From positions 95,012-159,011 of the forward strand of contig NZ_CACZDK010000011.1 of the NCBI RefSeq assembly GCF_902779965.1: a DNA stretch of 64,000 nt, in the 5' to 3' direction. The DNA comes from Fibrobacter succinogenes. Its GTDB lineage: Bacteria > Fibrobacterota > Fibrobacteria > Fibrobacterales > Fibrobacteraceae. Every line of letters starts with the position of its first letter. Positions within the stretch are counted from its first letter, which is position 1. The notes under the pieces were generated by a model. That model saw only the letters and a program-made list of their open reading frames with translations. It ran no database searches and was not told where the DNA came from. Both the position numbers and the translations under genes were made by a program. This document shows positions 56,475-64,000 of the stretch, one piece after another.

Positions 56475-57539
56475 CTAATACAATTTCAATTTTTTAGCCA
56501 AGTCTAACCTCATTTTTGATAAAGGCCTTTTGTGTATATCCTCATTTGCATAAAACCTATATAATAAGCGCACAATTTGATCATTCGACAAGAATTTCCT
56601 ATAAGTTGCTTTTATATTTTTTAGATATCCTTTTGTCTGAGCATTCTTATACCAAAGCAGTTCCTCCAACACATCATCAAAAGCTTTATATAAGTCATCA
56701 ATATGAAAGACATTGTTATGATTTATTTTCAATTGTGTATTTTGGCTATTTAAATGAATATTTCTTGCCATTTTACTTTTATCTACAGATAAACTTGTGA
56801 TTACTTTTTTATCAAAATCAAATTTAAAAGGATCCAAATCATTAGAGTCATCCGTATACAAATAGAACTCGCTATCTTTGATGCTTTTCCATCGATTGCA
56901 GAACGGGCAACTTGGTTGCAAATTATAAAACGAAACACATAAAAAGGGGTATTCAGATTTAGGAAGATAATGATCCAACTCATAGCGTCCCATATCATCT
57001 AAACATGTTTTTCCTTTAGTGGTCAAACATTGCACATTCGTGTTAACAATATAACTCGCATTACAATAAACACAAGCATTTATCTTAAGATCATCAAAAT
57101 ACGAAACAAATCCATTAGGAGAATTTCGTACATAATCATATCTCAACGCATCAACAATCGCATCATTAAATTGAGTCATATCCTTGGGATCATTCCATGG
57201 AGATTCTTCCAAATCCGCTTTAGTCAAAAACAGAGCCCTGTGTTTATAAAAATAATCATTGGGACAAAAGGATTTTGTTTTTTTATAATTATCCCAACTT
57301 TTTTTTACCTCTGAAGGTTTCGCTAAAAGTATATCTTCTGGATTATTTTCATCTTCAAAATTGTTTATTATTTCGTCTATATAATCAATATATTTTTGAT
57401 ATCCATTACTCTGCGTTGCGGTAATTTTACTTTTTAAAGCATCCAAATTATCTTTGGGCTTTTGCTTCAAATTTTTAAAAATATTATCACGATATTTTTT
57501 CGCAGTTGTTTCAAAATCAGAATAAAGAAGTCGACGCAT
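56475..57539 (-). CDS. HNH endonuclease, PtuB-like (Septu-type), with extra N- and C-terminal regions
   Basis: The ATG at 57539 is preceded by AGGAG. The HNH core is CVYCN..YELDHYLPKS..YNLQPSCPFCNRWKS (CxxC..H..N..CxxC). About 155 aa precede it and about 135 aa follow it. Confidence 0.6.
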   Translation of the reverse strand: MRRLLYSDFETTAKKYRDNIFKNLKQKPKDNLDALKSKITATQSNGYQKYIDYIDEIINNFEDENNPEDILLAKPSEVKKSWDNYKKTKSFCPNDYFYKHRALFLTKADLEESPWNDPKDMTQFNDAIVDALRYDYVRNSPNGFVSYFDDLKINACVYCNASYIVNTNVQCLTTKGKTCLDDMGRYELDHYLPKSEYPFLCVSFYNLQPSCPFCNRWKSIKDSEFYLYTDDSNDLDPFKFDFDKKVITSLSVDKSKMARNIHLNSQNTQLKINHNNVFHIDDLYKAFDDVLEELLWYKNAQTKGYLKNIKATYRKFLSNDQIVRLLYRFYANEDIHKRPLSKMRLDLAKKLKLY

Positions 57540-57541
57540 AA

Positions 57542-59560
57542 TCACTCCTCTTGAGCAATTTTATCAAGCATATAATCTCTTATAATAGGTTCACCTATTA
57601 AATTATTAATGCGAGATTTTATTTTTTCTTTATCTATTCTTTTCTTACTATCAAAAGAATCAATTAACTTGTCTATTTGCTTTTGAGCATACGCTCCTAT
57701 AAAACCGTTTTCCAAAAAGAAGCTTTGATGCAAAACATCGCAGATATTCGCTGCAAACGGATTGACACGAATAGTATCGCTTACATCTCTCCCGTTTTTT
57801 AAATACAAAATGTTTTGTTTAGGAACATCCGACAGGACAAAAGGAGAATGTGTTACCAAAATAATATTTATCATAAATTTATTATTATAGCCAAGCCTTT
57901 CGATCATAGAAATGAGATTATCGACAAAACAGCGCTGATAATCAGGATGAAAGCTTATTTCTATTTCTTCAAATATCAAGTTGACATTATTATACTTCGG
58001 AATATCCTTAGATTTTACGGACATTAAATTTTCTATATGATAAACACAAGTACTTAAAGTGCTAAAAAGTTGTCTTTCACCCGAACTAAGTTTTTCAAAA
58101 GGAATATTATTTATTGTTTTTTTATAACCATGTTGGTCTTTGTACAAAAAAACAGATGGGACAAAGAACGGTGGAGGAAGATGACGTTTCAGGTCCATCA
58201 AAGAAGCATCTGTCGAATCAAACTTCAGACATTTCAAATAGTCTTCGACAGAAAAGCCATTGGGTTTTCTACTAAGTTTTTTCACCGAATCATAACTGTT
58301 TAAAAAATTATACACTTGATGTACTTTAACTGTAATATGTGATTTATCCTCATTTATAATTTTATTTACAAGTGAAGTTAACAAACTTTTTTCTTTTCCC
58401 AATACAATCCTATCTAATTTCAATATGTTTCCTAAATCTTGATAATTTGAATATAATGAATATTTAGAAACTATTGACAAAACTTTGTATGCCAAGTAGC
58501 CATACGAATAAATTTCCATTTCATCGTACACGGCTTTTTCATCGAACCCAAATTCCTTAGCAATAATACCAAAAATTGTATTTGGATTCCCTTTTAGAAA
58601 AGAGCCTAAATCAAAGAAAATATTTTGAACATCTAGAAGAAAATCATTCAATTCTGAATCATATTCTGGACAGATTTTTTTATCAGCTTTCTCAAAAGTC
58701 TGATTTTTGATATATTCTTTTTTCGCTAATTCTTTAAGCCATGGATTTAATCGTTCTCGGACATACTGACGATCATATTTAAATGTAACGTTTTTAAGGC
58801 CGTATTCATTTATTAGTCTCAATCCTTTTTTTTCAAAATAATAAAGCAACGACGACAATCTAGATACCGTAAAACGTTCTTCTTTTCCCACATCAATCCA
58901 TCCATCCTCACTTCTATATGGATTAAGAACTATCGCCGTTGCATAGCCATCATTTTTATGGAAAATTCTATGAATCCATGATTTCATAGTAGTCCGCCCT
59001 ACTCCTGGAATTTCAAAGCACTTTTCCCCCTTATAATCCGAAGATATAAGTGATTGCATAGAATAGTTTGTAACAATACTATAAAAGAAATTCTTCGTCA
59101 CCCCAATAATGTCAGAAGTTTCTTCACTTATTATAGTCTCTTCACACTCATTCTTTTTCTCAATTAAATAAACCGATTCTCCTTTACAAACAAGAGTGTA
59201 CAGAATATCATTGATTGTATAATATAGTTCTGCATCAATACCGCAAACGAAAAGTAAATTCGATCTCTCTCTTTTTTTTACATCAAGAAGAAAGGAAAAA
59301 TTATTGACCATTCTATAAATCAATTCAAGCAAGGATGACTTACCGCTTCCATTCATGCCAACAATTGCATGAAGAAAAATATTTTTTCCATATATATTTT
59401 CTTCAATATTATATTCGGGATTTAAAACAATCTTATCATTTTCAAGACAACAGCGATTGTTAAAAAAATAAAATCCTGGTTTAAGATTTTTTCTTACAAT
59501 CTTTGAACAATCTTTGCCGATTTTTAAAGCTGCAATACAAAATAAATTTTTCTGTTCCAT
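57542..59560 (-). CDS. ABC/AAA_21-type ATPase, PtuA-like (Septu-type), oversized
   Basis: The ATG at 59560 is preceded by AAGGAAG. Motifs are Walker A GMNGSGKSS, signature-like LSSGERQ, Walker B LIFEEIE and H-loop LVTHSPFVLSD. About 415 aa separate Walker A from the signature. Confidence 0.6.
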   Translation of the reverse strand: MEQKNLFCIAALKIGKDCSKIVRKNLKPGFYFFNNRCCLENDKIVLNPEYNIEENIYGKNIFLHAIVGMNGSGKSSLLELIYRMVNNFSFLLDVKKRERSNLLFVCGIDAELYYTINDILYTLVCKGESVYLIEKKNECEETIISEETSDIIGVTKNFFYSIVTNYSMQSLISSDYKGEKCFEIPGVGRTTMKSWIHRIFHKNDGYATAIVLNPYRSEDGWIDVGKEERFTVSRLSSLLYYFEKKGLRLINEYGLKNVTFKYDRQYVRERLNPWLKELAKKEYIKNQTFEKADKKICPEYDSELNDFLLDVQNIFFDLGSFLKGNPNTIFGIIAKEFGFDEKAVYDEMEIYSYGYLAYKVLSIVSKYSLYSNYQDLGNILKLDRIVLGKEKSLLTSLVNKIINEDKSHITVKVHQVYNFLNSYDSVKKLSRKPNGFSVEDYLKCLKFDSTDASLMDLKRHLPPPFFVPSVFLYKDQHGYKKTINNIPFEKLSSGERQLFSTLSTCVYHIENLMSVKSKDIPKYNNVNLIFEEIEISFHPDYQRCFVDNLISMIERLGYNNKFMINIILVTHSPFVLSDVPKQNILYLKNGRDVSDTIRVNPFAANICDVLHQSFFLENGFIGAYAQKQIDKLIDSFDSKKRIDKEKIKSRINNLIGEPIIRDYMLDKIAQEE

Positions 59561-59594
59561 TTTCTTCCTTATTTTTATCAAACCAATTTTTTTG

Positions 59595-61577
59595 TTATTT
59601 TCCAGATTCAATCCATTCCATCGGAATTAAATAATTTCCATTTCTCCATTCTTCCACTTCATAAACATTTTCAATACTTCCATAAATATCGGAACCCGCA
59701 TGGTCAAGAACTATTACTTGCCACTTACCATTCAACGCCGTAACAGAATTCGACAATGTTTGGAATATTTTCTTTACGGAATTTATTTCATCTGGATCAT
59801 ATTGCGGATCATCATCAGAACTCTTTACAGTACGAGGGAAATACACTTGACTAGGTTGGTCAAAAATTGCAAAAGAAGGTGTAAACGAAGCAGGATTCCT
59901 CATTTGAGCAAAAAATTCCTGCAAAGCACAAATTAAAGCTAAATGAAAGGAAAGCCAGTTTGAAGCACTACCTATTTCACTCAGTAAATGGTCGTATCCC
60001 GAATCATCCTGCACTTTTATAGACAACTCACTTATTGAAAATTCAGGCGGAATGTTTTGATATTTAGGGTCTACATCAAGCGTTTTCAAACGATTCAGCA
60101 TCAATTGAGAAATTTCTGCCAGCCGATGTTCTAAAAGAGTTTTTGAATCATGTTCCCTAATATATTTTTCACATTCATCAATTCTTTTTTGCAACTCAAC
60201 TAATTCTTCGGAAAGAGATCCTTCATCAGATAAAGATTCAATCAACTCTACAGTCTTTTCCAATTTTCCTAGAGAACGGTATATCTCTTCCTGACGGGAA
60301 CTTTCTTGTTTTGCGGATTCATTTTCAGAAAACAAAGCATTTCGCCTCTGTTCCATCAATTTTCTTTCAGAATCCAATTCTTCGAGTCTCTTTTGAAGAT
60401 TTTGCTTTTCTCGACTTACAGCGGCCGGCATTTCAAATGATGAACTCGCTAAATTTTCATATTTCTTTAACGCTATTGAAATTTTTTCAAATTCACTAGA
60501 TGCAGCAGGGTGCTCTATGCCTCCGCAAAACGGACATTTGGAGGACTCCTTAGCAATATTTTCAAACCAAGTTGATATTTTCAATCGCTCTATTTTTCGT
60601 TTTGTCCCATTTCCAACAGTTTGTAACGCTTTTTCAACTTTCGCCAAATTTCTCAATCGTTTTGAAATACGCGCCACTTCGTCATCAATTTCTTGTTCTT
60701 TCAGGTCAAAAGCCTTAAAATCGGCATCAAACGAATCGTTTGCATTTTTTACGGAAACAAGATAACTTTTGGGAGTTGCTATAATTTTTTTCGCAATACT
60801 TACTAATTCATCTTGGTCATTCTCTTTTGTTTCTATACCATCTACAAAGCCTAAATGAACTAATTTTTGAACGTCAATAAGTATATTATTCAGCCATATA
60901 TTTGACACCTTTTTCGTTCTTTCATATTCACGTTGTTTTTGAACAAAAATAAGTTGAAGTTCCTTTAATCGCTTCCTTTTTTCAATTAGTTCAAAATTTT
61001 CCGCACCAAGTATAAAAGAGAACCATTTTTTCAGTCGTTCTCTGTATTCCGTTTTATGACTTTTATAAAATAAAATTGCTTGGTTAGCCACAACATCCTG
61101 ACTTTGCAAAATCAAACGTGTTAGATCGCGAAAACTCAAGCGACTTTCCAACTTAGATGTATTCTCATCGCTTTCTACATACGGAAGCCCACATACTCCA
61201 TTTAAAATTGTTTTTACGCTTTCTAAAGATTGATTTTTCTCCTCAATTTTATGTGGAATTTCTATTTCTTGCTGGCGATCATAATAAAAATCATTAGAAG
61301 CCTTGTCTCCAACAGGAACTTTGCGTGCTATTAAAAATTCATCTTCATCCAAAGAAATAACAAGACCATACCACGAAGCATTATCTCTAATAACCTCTAT
61401 GGGAATCAAACATTTTGACGAGCCAAGACAATAATCTACAATAGGAATTATTGCAGTTTTACCCGTTCTTGATTTCCCTGTAATAACATTAACTTTCCCT
61501 AACTCGAACTTTATAATTCGAGGCCCAAAATTTTCATTTTTCGGCCAAATGACAATATTTTTTACTTGAAAATTCAT
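59595..61577 (-). CDS. lmuB: Lamassu LmuB-type SMC-like ABC ATPase (DUF3732)
   Basis: The ATG at 61577 forms an ATGA overlap with the upstream stop. Walker A is GKSRTGKTA. A long coiled coil carries CPFC at its midpoint (60525..60536). The C-terminal blocks are GSASNWLSFHL, AIFDQPSQVYFP and VIVLDHA. Confidence 0.75.
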   Translation of the reverse strand: MNFQVKNIVIWPKNENFGPRIIKFELGKVNVITGKSRTGKTAIIPIVDYCLGSSKCLIPIEVIRDNASWYGLVISLDEDEFLIARKVPVGDKASNDFYYDRQQEIEIPHKIEEKNQSLESVKTILNGVCGLPYVESDENTSKLESRLSFRDLTRLILQSQDVVANQAILFYKSHKTEYRERLKKWFSFILGAENFELIEKRKRLKELQLIFVQKQREYERTKKVSNIWLNNILIDVQKLVHLGFVDGIETKENDQDELVSIAKKIIATPKSYLVSVKNANDSFDADFKAFDLKEQEIDDEVARISKRLRNLAKVEKALQTVGNGTKRKIERLKISTWFENIAKESSKCPFCGGIEHPAASSEFEKISIALKKYENLASSSFEMPAAVSREKQNLQKRLEELDSERKLMEQRRNALFSENESAKQESSRQEEIYRSLGKLEKTVELIESLSDEGSLSEELVELQKRIDECEKYIREHDSKTLLEHRLAEISQLMLNRLKTLDVDPKYQNIPPEFSISELSIKVQDDSGYDHLLSEIGSASNWLSFHLALICALQEFFAQMRNPASFTPSFAIFDQPSQVYFPRTVKSSDDDPQYDPDEINSVKKIFQTLSNSVTALNGKWQVIVLDHAGSDIYGSIENVYEVEEWRNGNYLIPMEWIESGK

Positions 61578-62074
61578 AGAACAACTCCAAACAAAGAGAG
61601 TAATGTATTTAAATTCACTTGAGAAAACCACTTACCTAAAATTTCTGCTTTCTTTTGAAGTTTCATTATAGGCAAATTTTTCAATACAGACATCTGATTA
61701 TCATCCAGTGACTTAGGATACAATTTTGCAGTTTCGCAATCCCAAACCAACAAACCAAAACTCACAGCAAAATCTACGGATTTCAACGCAATTTCCTTAT
61801 CCTCATTTATTTTAGAAACAAGGGAGGCTAAAATGTCGGACTGCTTTTTATCAGTAAAACTCTGCACATATGCAGCAACAGTTGTTGTTCGATTTGTTAT
61901 CCGTTCGTTATAATTTTTTGACATGAGCAAAGAATACACCAAAAAATCCTCGATAACAACAGCAGCATCATTTGTAGAATGATGTTCAACATAACTTTTA
62001 TTAAAAGCCCATAAAAGGAAAGCTCCTATAAGAGGAGTATTCCATTCTTCATACTCTTCTACTAAACTGCTCAT
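61574..62074 (-). CDS. lmuC: Lamassu LmuC-type / ABC-three-component middle component
   Basis: This 166-aa helical protein is wedged between the nuclease and the ATPase, with 1 nt and an ATGA overlap at its ends. The N-terminal NTPLIGAFLLWAFNKSY pattern resembles middle-component families. Confidence 0.5.
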   Translation of the reverse strand: MSSLVEEYEEWNTPLIGAFLLWAFNKSYVEHHSTNDAAVVIEDFLVYSLLMSKNYNERITNRTTTVAAYVQSFTDKKQSDILASLVSKINEDKEIALKSVDFAVSFGLLVWDCETAKLYPKSLDDNQMSVLKNLPIMKLQKKAEILGKWFSQVNLNTLLSLFGVVL

Positions 62075-62075
62075 T

Positions 62076-63245
62076 CTATTCCTGCTTTAATTTATTTTTC
62101 CAATCTGGATGCCAACCTAATTCTTCATTATTAGACAAAGCATGATAAGACCCTGCAACAGTTTTATAAGGAGGCTTATGCACTCCTAATTGCATATCCT
62201 TATCCATACAATTAATCATCAACAAATGCCCCCTTTGAACATCATCCGATGATTGCATAGTCAAAGATATTTTTTTACGTTCTGATTTATAGGCATCAAT
62301 CAAATTCTTTTCAAAAATTGCTATATCTTCTTTAGATATTATATCATCATCTATCCATTTAATTCTATTTTCGCCAGCTCTATAAAAATCCAATACAGCA
62401 GTTATTTTTTCATCCTGATCTGCATTTACAAAGTCCATTTGTCTAATATAAGTTGGTTTTTGGTTTACTTGATTTTCTGCATAATCGTTTCCAGGAAGTT
62501 TTGATCCAGCAAAATCAATCAAGCAATCGTTATTTAATTTTTTTATTTGCGGATACGCATACTTAACCAAATCTTTTCGAGAAATCGTTGCAACTTGTCT
62601 AGCAGCAATTTTTTTCATTAATTCTTCTTGAAGCCATCCTGTCAAACAATTAACTAAAACAGAAACATCTCGCGATTCAGGAAGCATTAAACGATTTTTT
62701 AAAATGCGCTTTATCTCATCATACACATTATCAGCATTTTTATCACAAACCAATTCAAATCGTGCTACAATTTTTTCAAACAATTTGTAATTTTGATTGA
62801 ATAGACAATAAACATACTTATATAGCGGATGCTCGGAGTCGCTCAAAACATCAATAACATCTGTCTTTATTGCAGAAAGCGTTGCCGAGACATTATTCGC
62901 TCCGGCCTTTGATAATTTTACAATTATCGAATCTTCTTTAGATTCGTGATTCGCATATAGAATAAAAAAGTCCCGATTAGCATCCAATTCATTATTTACA
63001 ACAGCCTGCGTCCAATTATAAAATGTTTTCCACAAATTCTCGGATCGATCCAATACAGGGGACTTCCCTGCTATAGACGATTTATCTTCTTCTGATATTT
63101 TTACACCCTCACCATTTTCAACTCCAACATCACCAAAATCTTCAACCGATACAAATGCATCATCAGATGCTTCAATCAATCGAAGCAACGCTCTCGGATA
63201 CTGCAATGTATATCCAAATAATTGACCAGCAGCAGAAGAATTCAT
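62076..63245 (-). CDS. lmuA: Lamassu LmuA-type effector, Cap4/DUF4297-like PD-(D/E)xK nuclease N-domain
   Basis: 389 aa. AAGQLFGYTLQYPRALLRLIE..VSVEDFGDVGVE..KISEEDKSS fits the G..GF.YQ ... D ... ExK pattern of DUF4297. The C-terminal region is helical. GAGG lies 6 nt upstream of the ATG. Confidence 0.6.
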   Translation of the reverse strand: MNSSAAGQLFGYTLQYPRALLRLIEASDDAFVSVEDFGDVGVENGEGVKISEEDKSSIAGKSPVLDRSENLWKTFYNWTQAVVNNELDANRDFFILYANHESKEDSIIVKLSKAGANNVSATLSAIKTDVIDVLSDSEHPLYKYVYCLFNQNYKLFEKIVARFELVCDKNADNVYDEIKRILKNRLMLPESRDVSVLVNCLTGWLQEELMKKIAARQVATISRKDLVKYAYPQIKKLNNDCLIDFAGSKLPGNDYAENQVNQKPTYIRQMDFVNADQDEKITAVLDFYRAGENRIKWIDDDIISKEDIAIFEKNLIDAYKSERKKISLTMQSSDDVQRGHLLMINCMDKDMQLGVHKPPYKTVAGSYHALSNNEELGWHPDWKNKLKQE

Positions 63246-63273
63246 AAATGCCTCTAGCTATATAAATTTGATT

Positions 63274-64000
63274 TTACCTCTTCTCCACGGCTTCGATTTC
63301 TTCGGTATCGGTGATGCCGTAGAGTTGATAGACAAGAGTGTTGACTTGGGTTTCTAAATCTGTTGTATCTTCACCATTTTTCTTTGCGGTGATGATTTCA
63401 TCGGCGAGAGTGGCGAGTTGTTGCAGGAGTTCCGCGTTTTCTAGGGGGATGCGGAGGTTTTCGAAGTAGGCTTTGCGGATTTCTCGGGTGCCGCCCATGA
63501 GCTCAGGGCAGTTGTACCATATCCAGAGTTTGACAAGGTTGGAATTGAATATGGCGAGGAGGGCTTTCAGTAAGTGGGCCCTATCGCCTTCGGCTCCAGG
63601 GTGACTTTTCGCATTGGATTGCTTCGCTTCGCTCGCAATGACGTTTTCCGTTCCCTTTGGCAAATTCTGCGAATTGTCCTTTTCCGTAATGATAAAAGAT
63701 TTATCGTTGCTGAAAGAGCCGGTTTCATCATAGGTAAACGGAAATACCGATGTCATGTTCGGATATACAATTTTCGGTTTGGCGAATTCTTTATAATATC
63801 CGATCTGGTCCTGCGTTTCAAACCATTTGTTGCTGGTTTTCTTGCGAGCCTTGATTTCTTCGCCGTTCACAATATGCTTGGCACCGGTCTGTTCCAACTT
63901 TTCGATGCCAAAACTCAGCAGATGATTCTTGATTGCCGGATATTGGTTGATGTCAAGGTTTAATGCCGGGAAAGTTCCGATAAGATACTGGTCTTCTTTT
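63274..64000 (-). CDS. DNA methyltransferase / type IIG R-M enzyme, C-terminal TaqI_C-like specificity region (5' part lies outside the window)
   Basis: The frame is open to the window edge. NQYPAIKNHLLSFGIEKLEQTGA..KWFETQDQIGYYKEFAKPKIVYPN and the terminal LVYQLYGITDTEEIEAVE are typical of Eco57I/PglX-type methylases. An in-frame repeat-derived segment interrupts it. Confidence 0.6.
   Translation of the reverse strand, partial: KEDQYLIGTFPALNLDINQYPAIKNHLLSFGIEKLEQTGAKHIVNGEEIKARKKTSNKWFETQDQIGYYKEFAKPKIVYPNMTSVFPFTYDETGSFSNDKSFIITEKDNSQNLPKGTENVIASEAKQSNAKSHPGAEGDRAHLLKALLAIFNSNLVKLWIWYNCPELMGGTREIRKAYFENLRIPLENAELLQQLATLADEIITAKKNGEDTTDLETQVNTLVYQLYGITDTEEIEAVEKR
63616..63642 (-). repeat. 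GTCAT-arm-GAGC..arm' hairpin repeat (arms ATTGC/GCAAT) lying inside the methyltransferase reading frame
   Basis: The minus strand reads gtcATTGCgagcgaagcgaaGCAATcc. It is translated in frame as VIASEAKQS. Confidence 0.8.

Noticed and set aside
59595-61631. Longer N-terminal extensions offered by the ORF track: 61631 for the SMC-like ATPase, 59611 (TTG) for the ABC ATPase, 57545 (GTG) for the HNH gene, and also 1480, 4565, 17986, 49700, 51057 and 52546.
   Set aside because: In each case an internal ATG with a Shine-Dalgarno-like sequence, a signal peptide or lipobox, or an ATGA stop-start overlap gives a more sensible start. The extensions would overlap the upstream gene.
63574-63963. 129-aa plus-strand ORF containing LLRFARNDV.
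   Set aside because: It is antisense to the methyltransferase frame, and the conspicuous peptide is the reverse translation of the hairpin repeat.
1-64000. tRNA, rRNA, transposase or integrase genes as island markers.
   Set aside because: No spacer is long enough or shows tRNA-like arms such as GGTTCGAATCC. No ORF shows DDE, tyrosine-recombinase or serine-recombinase motifs. The AT-rich islands therefore lack an identifiable mobility gene within this window.

Overview
This 64-kb window most likely comes from a Fibrobacter-like (Fibrobacterota) chromosome. That is an inference from a TIGR02147-like protein, a T9SS-type C-terminal sorting domain and a distinctive set of intergenic repeats. I call about 45 protein-coding genes, about 40 of them on the minus strand. 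They are packed very tightly, and many start and stop codons overlap or lie 0-12 nt apart. Recognisable core genes are purA, aroA, eno, lepB, a DnaQ-DinG fusion helicase, nhaA, a Prs-family kinase, a PBP4-type peptidase, a Crp/Fnr regulator, a LytTR response regulator, a GGDEF cyclase and two tandem hybrid histidine kinases. I saw no rRNA, tRNA, CRISPR array, transposase or integrase. Three stretches are visibly AT-rich compared with their surroundings. They are 4.0-8.6 kb (an S8 subtilase plus two Cys-rich secreted proteins), 48.9-49.7 kb (one secreted protein) and 56.5-63.2 kb. The third is the most interesting region. It is a sharp-edged five-gene cassette in which a Lamassu-type module (Cap4/DUF4297-like nuclease, small middle protein, DUF3732 SMC-like ATPase with a CxxC hook) runs directly into an oversized Septu-like ABC-ATPase plus HNH pair. 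The cassette sits between a DNA methyltransferase gene that carries an in-frame hairpin-repeat insertion and a PD-(D/E)xK-RAMA nuclease gene broken by an in-frame TAG. More defence-island-type ATPases follow at 51-55.5 kb. The intergenic DNA holds a recurring repeat system that the gene calls do not explain. It consists of arrays with a TAG every 7 nt, a GTCAT-arm-GAGC-arm' hairpin family with compensatory arm changes, terminator hairpins with a conserved 8-nt flank, and two tandem 81/83-bp units after eno. All domain assignments come from reading motifs by eye and from memory of the families; no searches were run. Coordinates of small motifs were anchored to ORF-track boundaries but may be off by 1-2 nt.
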